From: a virus
DNA length: 64,000 bases
IMG/VR virus record: IMGVR_UViG_3300045988_183505
Location: 1-64,000 of that record
Reading direction: 5' to 3' (one strand)
Part shown: piece by piece, positions 34,977-45,221 of the stretch
Position numbering within the stretch: the stretch's first letter is position 1
Layout: each line of letters begins with the position of its first letter
Position numbers and translations under genes: made by a program
The notes under the pieces: generated by a model
What the model saw: the letters and a program-made list of their open reading frames with translations, nothing else
Told to the model about the DNA's origin: nothing
The model's database searches: none

Positions 34977-37535
34977 TCACGCCTCTGCGGTAGAGCTTTT
35001 TTCAGAGGGTACAGTGAACTTCTTCCGCTTTTCATCATTCGGGTTCGTACTCATGATGTGGTAAAGCTCGGAATCCACCGGCAGCTTATAGTCGAATGGA
35101 ATCAAAACGGAGTTGTTATAAATCAGTCCCATACCAGACGGCTTATCCTTGATGAAGTCAATCAGGTTATCGGAGATGCCGTACAGCTGCTGGAGCTGGC
35201 TTCTACCGATAGGGGACTGGTTCAGGAATACGAAGAATCCGGAGTTGTTGAACATCGCAGTACCCTGCTGAGTACGGAGCAGGTCGGCAACGTCCTGAGT
35301 GATACCGGTCATGATACCGCCGTACTTACGAACTCGCTTGAAGTACGCCATGATTGTGGTTGCAGAGCTTTCTGTCTGGAAGAACAAGTGGAACTCATCA
35401 AGGTATACCCAAACAGACTTACCGGTATGATACTTTTCATTTTCCTCACGGTTCTTAACTACTCGTGTCCAGATGTTAGAAAGGCAAACCTTCATCGCCA
35501 TTTCCTTCATCTTTTCCGGCAGATACAGCAGATTGAAAATTGTCAGTCTGTCGCCGGTACGGACATTTGTTTTATGTGCAAACAAGTTATAGTTACCAAT
35601 GCAGTACGGCTCGATTGCCATTGCAATCTTATTGCCTTCTGCACTCTTGTCTTCCAGCAGTTCATTATAAAAATCAACCAGTGTCGGACAAATCTCGGTA
35701 TCAATATCCTGTTTCTTACCGTCATTCTTACGCCGTGTCATTTCATCAATGTACGGCTCATACATACGGTTGCAGCAACGGTGGATTACATTGACTTCAT
35801 AGGAGTTACACTCTCTGCCCTTACCAAGAACAGATTCCACCAAGCCAACCATGTAGTCGCACTTTTCTACCAGCGGCGATGCCTTCGGGTCGTCCCATTC
35901 CATCGACATATCGCACGGATTGATATGGAAATCCGACTTTGCTTCCAAGTCGATTACAATGCCGCCGAATGCCTCTGCAATTACACGGTACTCATTCTCA
36001 GGGTCAAGGATAATCATATCGTCCTTGCCGTCCAGCAAGTTCGGAATCAGCTCACCCTTTGTGAGAAACGACTTACCAGAACCAGACTGTCCAAAGATAA
36101 GTCCATTCGCCAGACGAGAACGCTTGCGGTCATACATAATCATATTTTTTGATACCGCATTGATGCCGTAGAAGTGTCCACGCTTATCCACCAGTTCCTG
36201 AATATTGAAGGGGAACAATGCACACGCATTATCACAAGTCAGCATACGGTCAATAATGATTTTGCTGTTACCAACCAGAGTTGCTGTGTTCAGTGCTGCG
36301 TGCTGCTGCCCAATCAGATAGGAAGGTGTTACAGAGAAGTCGGCACACACAGACTTGTACTGAGCTGTGATGTCTTTCAGCTCTGCCTCGGTTTCTCCGA
36401 AGATGGTCACACACATAGTTGCATAGAACAGTTTCTTGCCTTCATTAACAACATCATTACGAAGCTTTTTTGCCTGCTCCTGAGCCAGCTGCAAATCTTC
36501 ATTCATCAGGGAAGGGTCATAGCCGCTTTTATATGCCTGCTGACTGGCTTTGATTACGTCCGCTTTGATTGAGGTGTTCATCATTTTTACAGAAGTCAGA
36601 GCCTTCTTTCTCGGTACTGGCTTCAACTGAATCACTGTTACCATCTCATACGGCATATTCGTTGCCTTTGTCAGGAAAGAAGTGTCCAGCTGCTGAGGCA
36701 GATTGACAAATGCAAAGGATTCGCAGAAACGATTGTCGTCCAGCTGCAATCCCTGACGAAGTTTTGTCACACACTGCGGAGCAATCGTATCCTTTACTGA
36801 TACACCAGCTTTTTTCAGTGCAGTCAAATCCAAATAAGGAGTTTCATTTCCTTCTCCGTCAACCTGCTTTGCAATATATCGACCAAATTCCTCACGATAC
36901 GGAATGCCTTCCGTACCATTCAGAATTTCACGCATCAGCTCCAGACGTTCGATTGCATCAAGCTGTCTAACACCGACCTTATTGATTGCCTTGGTTGCTT
37001 CCTGCAATGCTACGTCTGCGGCATTGAACACGCTATCTGCTTCATCAAGATTTCTTGCCTTGGCACAGAGCATAATGTATTTCATCTTAGAAATATCATT
37101 ACGACCTTCCTCAATCTTCGCATCAATGATAACGTTGTAGTCATTGCGATAGATGTCCAGATTGTCGCCCTGCTCTTTGATATGATAAGAGTTGACAAGC
37201 TGCTCCAGCGTGCTTCGCTTATTCACAATAATGATGTTGACCTCAACATTGTCCGGAAAGCGGTTAATCAGCTTTGCATAGTTGATAAGAATATCTTCCT
37301 GCCGTTCTTCCGGTTCTGTTACAAAGTTGCTGTCCACCAACTCATAAAGTTTGGAGTAGTAGCCTTTTTTCAGAATCACACCTTCTTTGGTGATTCCGTC
37401 AAAGTCCAGAAGTTCCTGCACAGTGCGAATACGCATTGCCTGCGGCTTCTTGCCCTGCTTTTTCTGGTTCTTCTGGTTCGGGACTGCCGGTACAGCAGTC
37501 TGCGAATTTTGATTCTTGTTTCCAAATAAACTCAT
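34977..37535 (-). CDS. VirB4-like T4SS ATPase
   Basis: 852 aa. Walker A FGQSGSGKSF and Walker B VWVYLDEFHLFF. Confidence 0.9.
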   Translation of the reverse strand: MSLFGNKNQNSQTAVPAVPNQKNQKKQGKKPQAMRIRTVQELLDFDGITKEGVILKKGYYSKLYELVDSNFVTEPEERQEDILINYAKLINRFPDNVEVNIIIVNKRSTLEQLVNSYHIKEQGDNLDIYRNDYNVIIDAKIEEGRNDISKMKYIMLCAKARNLDEADSVFNAADVALQEATKAINKVGVRQLDAIERLELMREILNGTEGIPYREEFGRYIAKQVDGEGNETPYLDLTALKKAGVSVKDTIAPQCVTKLRQGLQLDDNRFCESFAFVNLPQQLDTSFLTKATNMPYEMVTVIQLKPVPRKKALTSVKMMNTSIKADVIKASQQAYKSGYDPSLMNEDLQLAQEQAKKLRNDVVNEGKKLFYATMCVTIFGETEAELKDITAQYKSVCADFSVTPSYLIGQQHAALNTATLVGNSKIIIDRMLTCDNACALFPFNIQELVDKRGHFYGINAVSKNMIMYDRKRSRLANGLIFGQSGSGKSFLTKGELIPNLLDGKDDMIILDPENEYRVIAEAFGGIVIDLEAKSDFHINPCDMSMEWDDPKASPLVEKCDYMVGLVESVLGKGRECNSYEVNVIHRCCNRMYEPYIDEMTRRKNDGKKQDIDTEICPTLVDFYNELLEDKSAEGNKIAMAIEPYCIGNYNLFAHKTNVRTGDRLTIFNLLYLPEKMKEMAMKVCLSNIWTRVVKNREENEKYHTGKSVWVYLDEFHLFFQTESSATTIMAYFKRVRKYGGIMTGITQDVADLLRTQQGTAMFNNSGFFVFLNQSPIGRSQLQQLYGISDNLIDFIKDKPSGMGLIYNNSVLIPFDYKLPVDSELYHIMSTNPNDEKRKKFTVPSEKSSTAEA

Positions 37536-37552
37536 CGTATCTTCCTTTCTGA

Positions 37553-38908
37553 TTACGCTTTCGTCTGCTCCAACTTTCTTTCTTCCTGCTTCTGCTTTTG
37601 CTGCAAGTCATGTCTTTCAAAATAGTCAACCTGTACCTGCTGTTCCTGCATCAGCTTCTCCAGAACGACACGACCGAAATCATATTCATCGTGTTGCATT
37701 CGTTCCATATATATTTTTCTTCCTCGCAGTTCTTCAAACCGAAGATTCTCTCCCAGTTCCAAAAGTGCATTCATGGTTTCCTGTGCATTGTCCACCTTCA
37801 AAAACGCATACAGTCTATTGCTTGTACGAGAGCTTCTTATTGCAACATTTCTTTTTACTGTATATGCCGCCTTTGACATGATGTACGCTTCACCATTCTC
37901 TGAAATGAATGCTGACTGCGGTGAAGGTTTTCTCCTGTCGTGAGAAAATTCAAATACCAAAATTGCATTATCTTCTATCTCACGACCAGCGTAACTGCCA
38001 TCATAAACATTCAGCTTTGTACTTCGTGCCGGAACATATTTTTTCTGTTTCATCTTTTCTAAATCCTGACGCAGATATGGGTATCTGTTTCGTGTCATGA
38101 CCTCACGAAGAATTTTATTTTCTGCTTCCAGTGCATCAATTTTTTGCAGCAAAGGAATCAGACTTACATCTCTTTTCTCTACGCCGTTTGCTTGTGCCAG
38201 TGAGAAAATTTGCAGAATATCTTTTTGCAGATATTTCTTTTGAGTTTCCATCGCTTCTACTTCGCTCCGAAGTTTTTCCAACTTCATTTGCAACACAGTT
38301 TTATTTCCTTCTGCTGTCGCATTGTTCAGAATTGCCGCTTCATATTGCAGCTGTTCTTTCACATATCGTGACAACCTGTGGTGCATCGTAGAAAGATATT
38401 TTCTTGTAACAGCTTCCTTGCCGCAAAGTCTTTCAAACGGAGTGTCGCTCGGTAAGCCCTTTTTCTCCAGCCACGCTTTTTCTCTTTCAGTTGTTGCTTC
38501 CTTTTCTTTTACCGTTGGAACAAAATCCAAATGCAAGTGAGGTGTTACTTCATCTTTGTGGACAACGGCATTGATGATATTTTTTTCTCCAAAATCTTTG
38601 CAGAAAAAATCGTAAATCGCTTGAAAAAAAGCTCTCTCATCTTCCGGTTTCACATTGCTAGGAAGTGTTACCACAAGTTCTCCAAGGACTGTAGGAGCAT
38701 TTACGCCTGACGCTTTCCGTCCAATGTAAATCTCGCTCAGTCGCTTATCTAATTCTTCTGGACTTCCACGCTTTAAGTGGTAATTGAACATGGTCTTCGC
38801 ATCATCAATCATCTCATTGCTATGCTGTACTCCATCTCCTGCTGTTCGGTTATTGTGCTGGAACAGCCGACCAACAGAGTGCTGCTTGAACTTCGCAATA
38901 CTCGCCAC
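37553..38908 (-). CDS. MobV-family (Mob/Pre, plasmid recombination enzyme) relaxase
   Basis: GTG start after AGGAGAGGTG. Motif HNNR near the N-terminus and the MobV signature HKDEVTPHLHLDFVP (HxDExxPHxH). Coiled-coil C-terminus. Confidence 0.85.
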   Translation of the reverse strand: MASIAKFKQHSVGRLFQHNNRTAGDGVQHSNEMIDDAKTMFNYHLKRGSPEELDKRLSEIYIGRKASGVNAPTVLGELVVTLPSNVKPEDERAFFQAIYDFFCKDFGEKNIINAVVHKDEVTPHLHLDFVPTVKEKEATTEREKAWLEKKGLPSDTPFERLCGKEAVTRKYLSTMHHRLSRYVKEQLQYEAAILNNATAEGNKTVLQMKLEKLRSEVEAMETQKKYLQKDILQIFSLAQANGVEKRDVSLIPLLQKIDALEAENKILREVMTRNRYPYLRQDLEKMKQKKYVPARSTKLNVYDGSYAGREIEDNAILVFEFSHDRRKPSPQSAFISENGEAYIMSKAAYTVKRNVAIRSSRTSNRLYAFLKVDNAQETMNALLELGENLRFEELRGRKIYMERMQHDEYDFGRVVLEKLMQEQQVQVDYFERHDLQQKQKQEERKLEQTKA

Positions 38909-38947
38909 TTATGATTCACCTCTCCTTTTTTGTGTTCCTATATTCGT

Positions 38948-38967
38948 TATGTAACGCCAAAAAAGAA
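38948..38967 (-). promoter_or_regulatory. conserved 20-nt leader motif, copy 3
   Basis: Same 20-mer, about 40 nt upstream of the relaxase start. Confidence 0.6.
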
Positions 38968-39040
38968 AACGAAAACTGCTTTCAGATTATTTTGTCAAGG
39001 TACGAAAATACATCTGGATTCCCTTAAATCAACATCGGAA

Positions 39041-39055
39041 ATCCCATCTAAAACA
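39041..39055. repeat. direct repeat flanking the oriT-like hairpin (ATCCCATCTAAAACA)
   Basis: Matches 39125..39138 (ATCCATCTAAAACA) apart from one extra C. Confidence 0.55.
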
Positions 39056-39067
39056 GGTACTTGCGTT

Positions 39068-39097
39068 GGTATTGGTATAACAAGATATACCAATACC
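39068..39097 (-). other. candidate oriT: perfect 12-bp inverted repeat with a 6-nt loop (minus sense GGTATTGGTATA-TCTTGT-TATACCAATACC)
   Basis: Upstream of the MobV relaxase. The xxGTATA/TATACxx arms and the loop ..TTG/TTATAC mirror the pMV158 oriT as remembered (AAAGTATA-GTGTGT-TATACTTT, nick at GTGTG/TT). Confidence 0.6.
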
Positions 39098-39124
39098 TGC
39101 TTTTGCGATATGATTGCTAAAAAA

Positions 39125-39138
39125 ATCCATCTAAAACA
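39125..39138. repeat. direct repeat flanking the oriT-like hairpin, second copy
   Basis: See 39041..39055. Confidence 0.55.
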
Positions 39139-39200
39139 ATAAGGGACGAACAGCTATATGCCATTCGCCCCCACACTATCTATCTGGTTGTATATAATGC

Positions 39201-39491
39201 TTACTTATTTGCAAAGTTGTTTGCAACCGCTTCTTTGAAACACTTGCTCGGCTTGAACTTCGGAATCATCTTTTCTGGTACGTCCTTTGCTGTACCAGTA
39301 GCAAGATTATGCACTGTTCTTGCCTTCTGCTTGAACGGCTCAAATGTACCAAAACCGATAAACTGAATCCGTTCACCAGCTGCCACCGCATCAACGATAG
39401 CACTCAGAAAATCGTCAACGATTTCCATTGTCTGAACCTGCGTCAGACCGTTCTTCTTTGCGATTTCTTTTACGATATTCTTTTTGTTCAT
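39201..39491 (-). CDS. hup: HU/IHF-family DNA-binding protein
   Basis: MNKKNIVKEIAKKNGLTQVQ..FIGFGTFEPFKQKARTVHNLATG..IPKFKPSK is the canonical HU pattern. Confidence 0.9.
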   Translation of the reverse strand: MNKKNIVKEIAKKNGLTQVQTMEIVDDFLSAIVDAVAAGERIQFIGFGTFEPFKQKARTVHNLATGTAKDVPEKMIPKFKPSKCFKEAVANNFANK

Positions 39492-39565
39492 TGTGATTAA
39501 CTCCTTTGTGAAAAAATGATTTTTATAATAGCCGCCGGTGCATCAGCGGCAATTATTACTGCAAA

Positions 39566-41041
39566 TTATTTTTGTATCAGAACAACATACTTTCTTTGCC
39601 CTTCCGATTCCTTGTCAGCATAATCTATTTGCCAGTCGTTACTCAAAAGGTAATCAATTGTAACTGCACTTTTCTGATTCAGAATGATTGCATCAAATTG
39701 AAACGTGTCCATAAATTTCTCTATGTCACCCTGCTTGTTGAAGGACGCATCACGAAAACAATTTGCTCCAGACAATGTTTCTTCATCAAAAAAATCTGCT
39801 CTTGCATCAACAAAATCCGGTAAACCATTATAGATAAGATATGCTCCCAAGTCATAATCATTATACGCTCTCTGAAAATTTTTTTCTTTCAGGTACTCTA
39901 TCAGTCCAGTAGAAACTTCTTCATATTTACAAGATTGGTATTCCCTTATTGTTTCAGCAAACAGGAGACAAGAGCAGCAACCACAAACTATCATCACAAG
40001 TGCATTTTTAGAAAACATTTTGCACTTTACAAATAGCGTGCTATCCATTGTCTTGATAACTTCAAGCAGCATTGGAATCATTGCAATTTCCATATACATA
40101 TACATACGAATATGGATTCCAGTCATGCCAAGCATCATTACGATTGGAAATATTTTTTTGAGTGAAATATTCTTTTTCTGTAGGACAAAAAATATGAAAA
40201 ACAGAATAAGACAAATCACAATTGGATAAAAAAGAAAAGTTGCTTTGTACCATTCATGTACACCATCTTTTGTATAAGAAACATTGTGAAACAAAGCATA
40301 TCCATACAGTTTAATGCCATATGGATTTATCATTCCAATCAAAATACTGACAACCAATGCGATGAAATCTGTTCTTGCGTTTTCCTTACTCTGTCTATGA
40401 AAAAGATTGCCTACTTGAAAATCCGGAATCAGATTCATAACAGCAAATACAGCTAAAATTGCAAAGTAAAAAAGCATACTTGAACCATGCAGATTTGCCC
40501 ATAGCAATGATATGATTCCCAGTACAAAAATCTTTTTCTTTGATGGCTTATCCTGTTGCAGGCAGTAATATGCCAGTGCAAAAAGCATACAGTCAAAAAC
40601 TCTTGTTCTTGCCAGATAGCAGCTGTCCACAACTATCCATATCACTACGCAATGTGCAAGCAATTTTGAAAAAGCATTTCCGTTCCAGTTTTTCAAAAAT
40701 GTAAACCGAAACACTAATGCACATATTGTTGATGTGGCAAATACAAAAGCAATTACTGCATTCATTATCGGCTGAAATAGAACAGAGAATCCGTAAGCAA
40801 TCACTGTTCCAAGCCATGAGTGCTGTATTTCTGAACCGCCACGTTCCTGTGCAATCCACGAGTAAGCATCTACGCCGTGAAAGTTTGGTTTTCCATTCAC
40901 GATAGCTTTTCCCAACACACAATACCAGTTGAAATCTCCATCATGCGATTCCATTAAACAAATCGCACAGAACACAGTGACCAATCCTGTAATCAATGAA
41001 AATAAAATTATATCTACGATTTCTTTTTCTCTGCTTTTCAT
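39566..41041 (-). CDS. polytopic membrane protein, GT-C glycosyltransferase-like (weak) with a C-terminal soluble domain
   Basis: Its ATG overlaps the topoisomerase stop (ATGA). More than ten hydrophobic segments. The early loop DGDFNWY and LWANLHGS are reminiscent of GT-C enzymes. Confidence 0.5.
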   Translation of the reverse strand: MKSREKEIVDIILFSLITGLVTVFCAICLMESHDGDFNWYCVLGKAIVNGKPNFHGVDAYSWIAQERGGSEIQHSWLGTVIAYGFSVLFQPIMNAVIAFVFATSTICALVFRFTFLKNWNGNAFSKLLAHCVVIWIVVDSCYLARTRVFDCMLFALAYYCLQQDKPSKKKIFVLGIISLLWANLHGSSMLFYFAILAVFAVMNLIPDFQVGNLFHRQSKENARTDFIALVVSILIGMINPYGIKLYGYALFHNVSYTKDGVHEWYKATFLFYPIVICLILFFIFFVLQKKNISLKKIFPIVMMLGMTGIHIRMYMYMEIAMIPMLLEVIKTMDSTLFVKCKMFSKNALVMIVCGCCSCLLFAETIREYQSCKYEEVSTGLIEYLKEKNFQRAYNDYDLGAYLIYNGLPDFVDARADFFDEETLSGANCFRDASFNKQGDIEKFMDTFQFDAIILNQKSAVTIDYLLSNDWQIDYADKESEGQRKYVVLIQK

Positions 41042-43236
41042 TTCTTCCCCCAGCCTGTTTTTTTCTTTCCCCAGCCGGAAGAAGATGATGTGCTTTTCTT
41101 TGCACCCCATGAAGATTGTTTTGGTTCAGCTTTCTTTGAACCGTTTCCTTTTGGCTTTGAATCCACAAATTCAAATCTGGTTTTATGATTGCTCTTATCC
41201 AAAACCAATTTCGCCTTAAATGATTTTCCAGCTTGGGACTTAAATGTATATGCCTTTGTTTTTCCCTTTGCAATCAAATCTTCAAGGTCGCTTTCTTTCA
41301 TCTTATGACCGCAAATTTCCAACCCGAAAGAGAACTTACAAGTACAATACCAACCGTATCGTCCATACTTCAATGCCGAACCACAACAAGGACAGATGTG
41401 TTCTTTTCCACTACCTTTATTGTTGAAGTTCTCTAAATGCTCATGGTTCTCTGAAAGAATTTTCCTCGTAGTGTCTGCAACATAAGTTTCTACTTCTTTC
41501 AGATAATTTTCTTTGTCCAACGCTCTGGTTGCAATCGCATTTAAGCTTGATTCCATCTCCGCAGTTTTCAGTGGCGAAATCAACTGCTCGTCATACTTTT
41601 CTACAATCGGAATGACTTTTTTCCCAAACTCAGTCGGAGCAATTTTCTGTTTTGCATCTACTGTGATGAACTCCTTTTCTTTGAGCTTTTCAATAATAGA
41701 TGCTCTTGTCGCAGAAGTTCCAATGCCGCAAGTCTTAATCTGTTCTCGCAGTTCTTCATCATCAATCAACCGTCCTGCTTTTTCCATTGCAAGAATCAGA
41801 GAACCGGTCGTGTAAGCAACAGGCGGTTTGGTCTCCATGTTATAAACACAGAAAGCATCAACTGATACGGTTTCACCTTTTCTCGGAACAGGCTTATCCG
41901 CAATATCATCACCTTCTGTATTTTCCTTGAATCCGGTCTGCTTGATAATTCGATAACTTTCAAAAAATCTTTCTTTGTTCTGGTGAATGTACACGATAGA
42001 AACTGCATCGTAAATGAACGGCGGTTTCATTGTGTTCTGGAATCTTTTCAGAATAACACTGTATACCTTCGCTTCCAGACCGGATAAGTTGTTAGGGTTG
42101 CCTTGTAATGTTGGAATAATTGCGTAGTGGTCGGTAACTTTACTATCATCGACATATCTATCCGGAATCTGGTAGCCTTTCTTTCTCAAATCTTCTGCAA
42201 CTGCACTTGAAAGAAAACGGCAATCAGTTCTTGGGTATGTAGTGTATTTTGCCTCATAGAGTGACTGTGCAATCGAAAGCGTGTTTGCCGGAGAAATCTT
42301 AAATGCTTTGGAACAATACGCCTGTAAATCTGCCAAATTGAACAGATAGGGAGCATACTCTGTTTTGGTTGTTACCTTAACATTATCTACCGTCAGCACT
42401 CTGCTCTGATTGCATTCTTCAACAAGTTCCTTTGCCTGCTTTTCTTGCAAAAAGCCATTTTCATTATACAGGTCATCACTTTCGTAAAACCGGCTTTCTT
42501 TCACCGCTTTCCATGATGCGAACTTGTCTGCCTTAACTCCATAATAATATGTTTTCGTAAATTCATCAATGTCTTTTTGCCGGTTTACAATCATCGCCAG
42601 CGTTGGTGTCATCACACGTCCGCAATTCATCAATTTTCCGGAAGTCAATGTGAATCCTTCTGTAAAATTCATGCCAATCAGCCAGTCTGAAATTGCTCTT
42701 GCATAGCCGCTGTCAATCATCGGCTGATACTCTGCATAAGGCTTTGCATCACGAATGCCGTTCAGAATAGATTCTTCTGTATAGCTGTCAATCCACACAA
42801 CTCGTTCATCAATTTTAGGTGCTGCCTTGAATATCTGATTGCGGATAAGAGCCTGAATATAGATTCCTTCTCGTCCACTATCGCCTGCATAGTAAATTCG
42901 TTCCACATCTTTTCGTGTGTACAGTGACTTTACAATCTTGAACTGCTTATATGTAGACTTTTGAGGTTCATATTTGAACTGCTTTGGAATCATCGGCAAA
43001 TGCTCTTTACTCCATCTGCCGCCCCAGTCTGGGTTCTGCACTTCCGGAGAGCTAATTGCAATCAAATGTCCAACCGCCCATGTGATAATCACATCTTTCT
43101 TCAAAACAGGGCTATATCCTTCCACATAACCATCGGTTTTTTCAGAGGGCTTTACCCCCAGCACCTTTTTGTACTCCTGTGCCACTAACGGTTTCTCTGT
43201 AATGATAATCGTACTCAAACCTGTTCTCCTTCCCAA
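41038..43236 (-). CDS. topB: DNA topoisomerase III (type IA)
   Basis: TOPRIM IIITEKP..DSGREG. Active-site block KYTTYPRTDCRFLS. Zn ribbon CPCCGSALKYGRYGWYCTC. Basic tail with three W-G-x-K-K repeats. Confidence 0.9.
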   Translation of the reverse strand: MGRRTGLSTIIITEKPLVAQEYKKVLGVKPSEKTDGYVEGYSPVLKKDVIITWAVGHLIAISSPEVQNPDWGGRWSKEHLPMIPKQFKYEPQKSTYKQFKIVKSLYTRKDVERIYYAGDSGREGIYIQALIRNQIFKAAPKIDERVVWIDSYTEESILNGIRDAKPYAEYQPMIDSGYARAISDWLIGMNFTEGFTLTSGKLMNCGRVMTPTLAMIVNRQKDIDEFTKTYYYGVKADKFASWKAVKESRFYESDDLYNENGFLQEKQAKELVEECNQSRVLTVDNVKVTTKTEYAPYLFNLADLQAYCSKAFKISPANTLSIAQSLYEAKYTTYPRTDCRFLSSAVAEDLRKKGYQIPDRYVDDSKVTDHYAIIPTLQGNPNNLSGLEAKVYSVILKRFQNTMKPPFIYDAVSIVYIHQNKERFFESYRIIKQTGFKENTEGDDIADKPVPRKGETVSVDAFCVYNMETKPPVAYTTGSLILAMEKAGRLIDDEELREQIKTCGIGTSATRASIIEKLKEKEFITVDAKQKIAPTEFGKKVIPIVEKYDEQLISPLKTAEMESSLNAIATRALDKENYLKEVETYVADTTRKILSENHEHLENFNNKGSGKEHICPCCGSALKYGRYGWYCTCKFSFGLEICGHKMKESDLEDLIAKGKTKAYTFKSQAGKSFKAKLVLDKSNHKTRFEFVDSKPKGNGSKKAEPKQSSWGAKKSTSSSSGWGKKKTGWGKK

Positions 43237-43499
43237 GCATTATTTAACTTTTGTAAGAATGCAATAAAATATTGCAGACTTTCTTTCCTGCAAAATCGCA
43301 TTTCAATATATTCTCCAGAGAGCAATGCCAACGGAACATCTTCTGTTCCTGCTTCGATTACTCCGTCCGGATTTTCCATTTCGCATATCCTGATAATTCG
43401 TGTTTTACTGTCTTTTTCCTGATAACCAACTAAGCACTTGTTAGGAAGTGTATCAGACCCAAATACCACCATTGGTGTTCTCTTATTCCGTCCAGCCAT
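43215..43499 (-). CDS. hypothetical protein
   Basis: ORF 43215..43691 trimmed to the ATG at 43499 after GAGGA. Overlaps its neighbours by a few nt. Confidence 0.45.
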   Translation of the reverse strand: MAGRNKRTPMVVFGSDTLPNKCLVGYQEKDSKTRIIRICEMENPDGVIEAGTEDVPLALLSGEYIEMRFCRKESLQYFIAFLQKLNNAWEGEQV

Positions 43500-43836
43500 T
43501 TTCATCGTCCTCATATTCGTCATCAAAATCAGCGAACTCCGCTTCAACACTTTCCAGATATTCTTCATACTGCTGTTTCCGCAAAGCATTTTCTTCTTTT
43601 TTCTGTCGATATGATTTCTTTCCAGTAAACACTCTCTTTTCTGGAATGCCAAGCTCCTTTCTTCGTTCTTCTGCCTGTTCGTCCTGTACAATATGCTTAT
43701 TTGTTAGGTAAATCTGCCATGCAAGCAACAAGGCAAATATTATTGTCACAAGAAACATAGACTTGATATTGACGAACGTAAGAAGTATCACAAGTCCATA
43801 CAGAAGGCACGTTTTTACATCTTTCTTAAATCTCAT
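43483..43836 (-). CDS. membrane protein (two TM helices) with an acidic tail
   Basis: TM segments CLLYGLVILLTFV and MFLVTIIFALLLAWQIYL. Confidence 0.5.
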   Translation of the reverse strand: MRFKKDVKTCLLYGLVILLTFVNIKSMFLVTIIFALLLAWQIYLTNKHIVQDEQAEERRKELGIPEKRVFTGKKSYRQKKEENALRKQQYEEYLESVEAEFADFDDEYEDDENGWTE

Positions 43837-43848
43837 GAAATGCTCCTC

Positions 43849-44088
43849 TCAGATTATTTCTTCAAAGTCGTCTAAACTTCCGACAATGGATTCAATTTCC
43901 GACTGTGGCTGTGGATTCTGCATTCCAACAGATACACCTTTTCGCTGATTATTCTTGAATTTCGACCATACACTATTCGGTACAGTCTGATTCACTTTTT
44001 CAGCCAGTTCCACCACTTCACGCTCCCTTGCAGTTGCATTTTCAATCGTGATAATCACTGCATCGTCTTTATACAGAATGTTCAGCAT
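43849..44088 (-). CDS. hypothetical small protein
   Basis: 79-aa ORF, tightly spaced. Confidence 0.45.
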   Translation of the reverse strand: MLNILYKDDAVIITIENATAREREVVELAEKVNQTVPNSVWSKFKNNQRKGVSVGMQNPQPQSEIESIVGSLDDFEEII

Positions 44089-44090
44089 AA

Positions 44091-44369
44091 TCAGTCCTCA
44101 CTTTCATTTAAGGATTTCAGCAATACTTTCATCTCCAGATATGACACTATCTTTTTTAAGGCATTCAGCCGAATCGGGTGTCCTACACGATAAAACAGCT
44201 TATCCACCACATTTCTCGTCATACCTGTTTCCCTTGCCAGCTTCCGCTTAGAAACACCTTTCGCTTCCATCGCTTCTGCTATTTGCTGAACGCTTTCTTC
44301 GGGCAGATATACCATGATGCCTTCTTCCCTCACCGCATACAGCAATCTTTGCATTCTTGGTCTTGCCAT
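44091..44369 (-). CDS. helix-turn-helix (XRE-like) regulator
   Basis: VSKRKLARETGMTRNVVDKL is an HTH pattern. Alternative start at 44315. Confidence 0.5.
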   Translation of the reverse strand: MARPRMQRLLYAVREEGIMVYLPEESVQQIAEAMEAKGVSKRKLARETGMTRNVVDKLFYRVGHPIRLNALKKIVSYLEMKVLLKSLNESED

Positions 44370-44425
44370 TCGTATTTTTCTCCTTTCCTCTGCTTATCCG
44401 CAGATTTATTACAGTTTATTTTGAC

Positions 44426-44965
44426 TTAATCGCCTGCCTCTGCATTCTGGTAAAAAGTATTCAGCTTATCCTGTTCCGATTCACAAAGCAGTACCTTGCT
44501 TTTGAACTCACAATAGCGAACATTTGAACCATAGCTTTTCCACACAATTTCCGGATTCAAAATATATACATTTGCACTTCCGGATTTCATGATATACAGT
44601 ATCTTTTCTTCTCGCAGCACTCTGACTGCTCTTGTAACGGAAGATTTTGAAACCTGAAAATATTCTGCCAAAAAAGTATAACTGCATACCAAACTATTCA
44701 GTCCGTCCATGCGGTCTGCGATAAACAGGTAAATCTGCATTGCCAGAGCATTCTTTTGCGTCAAAGCAATCAACTTATCTGTTCCATCAAGGTTCGTCTG
44801 TGCAAACCTCTCATAAGGGGAGTGCCGTTCTTTTCTGTGCAGCTTCTCCTGCATTTCAGTAATCTTCTGGAGTGCCTGCTCACGTTCTTCAAAGGTTACA
44901 TCATATTCTGCTGGATTATCTCCTACAGAAAAACTTCCCTTCGCTTCAAGTCCACTATTTTTCAA
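44426..44965 (-). CDS. repL: RepL-like winged-helix replication/maintenance protein
   Basis: TTG start 9 nt after AAAGGAG. NALAMQIYLFIADRMDGLNSLVCSYTFLAEYFQVSKSSVTRAVRVLREEKILYIMKSGSANVYILNPE resembles firmicute RepL. Confidence 0.55.
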   Translation of the reverse strand: MKNSGLEAKGSFSVGDNPAEYDVTFEEREQALQKITEMQEKLHRKERHSPYERFAQTNLDGTDKLIALTQKNALAMQIYLFIADRMDGLNSLVCSYTFLAEYFQVSKSSVTRAVRVLREEKILYIMKSGSANVYILNPEIVWKSYGSNVRYCEFKSKVLLCESEQDKLNTFYQNAEAGD

Positions 44966-44995
44966 GTGACACTGCTCCTTTCTGTATTCAACTCG

Positions 44996-45221
44996 TGACT
45001 ATCGCAATCGTCATTTCTGAATATGTCCTATTCAAATTTGACTATGCCGCAATCATCGTATGACTATATTATAGCACAATAACCCAAGGTGTTCAATCGT
45101 TGTCATGTATGAAAAATCGTTATTTTGTTTCACATTTTTTGTGTGGAACGTACATGGATTGTGGAAAACCTGTAACCGAGTAGTCACGCTGTGACTATAG
45201 CAGTAGTCACCACATGACTAT
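44996..45221. repeat. TGACTAT repeat cluster (5 direct copies plus 2 inverted TAGTCAC) around the repL promoter
   Basis: TGACTAT at 44996, 45039, 45061, 45192 and 45215. TAGTCAC at 45181 and 45204, forming TAGTCAC-gct-GTGACTA. Confidence 0.6.
45068..45096 (-). promoter_or_regulatory. promoter of the repL-like gene (TTGAAC-17 nt-TATAAT, TGc extended -10)
   Basis: Minus strand reads TTGAACaccttgggttattgtgcTATAAT. Confidence 0.7.

Noticed and set aside
34923-36152. 409-aa plus-strand ORF
   Set aside because: It lies entirely antisense to the VirB4-like gene, which has clear Walker motifs. Its composition is low-complexity and Cys/Leu/Val-rich and it has no RBS. It is a shadow ORF.
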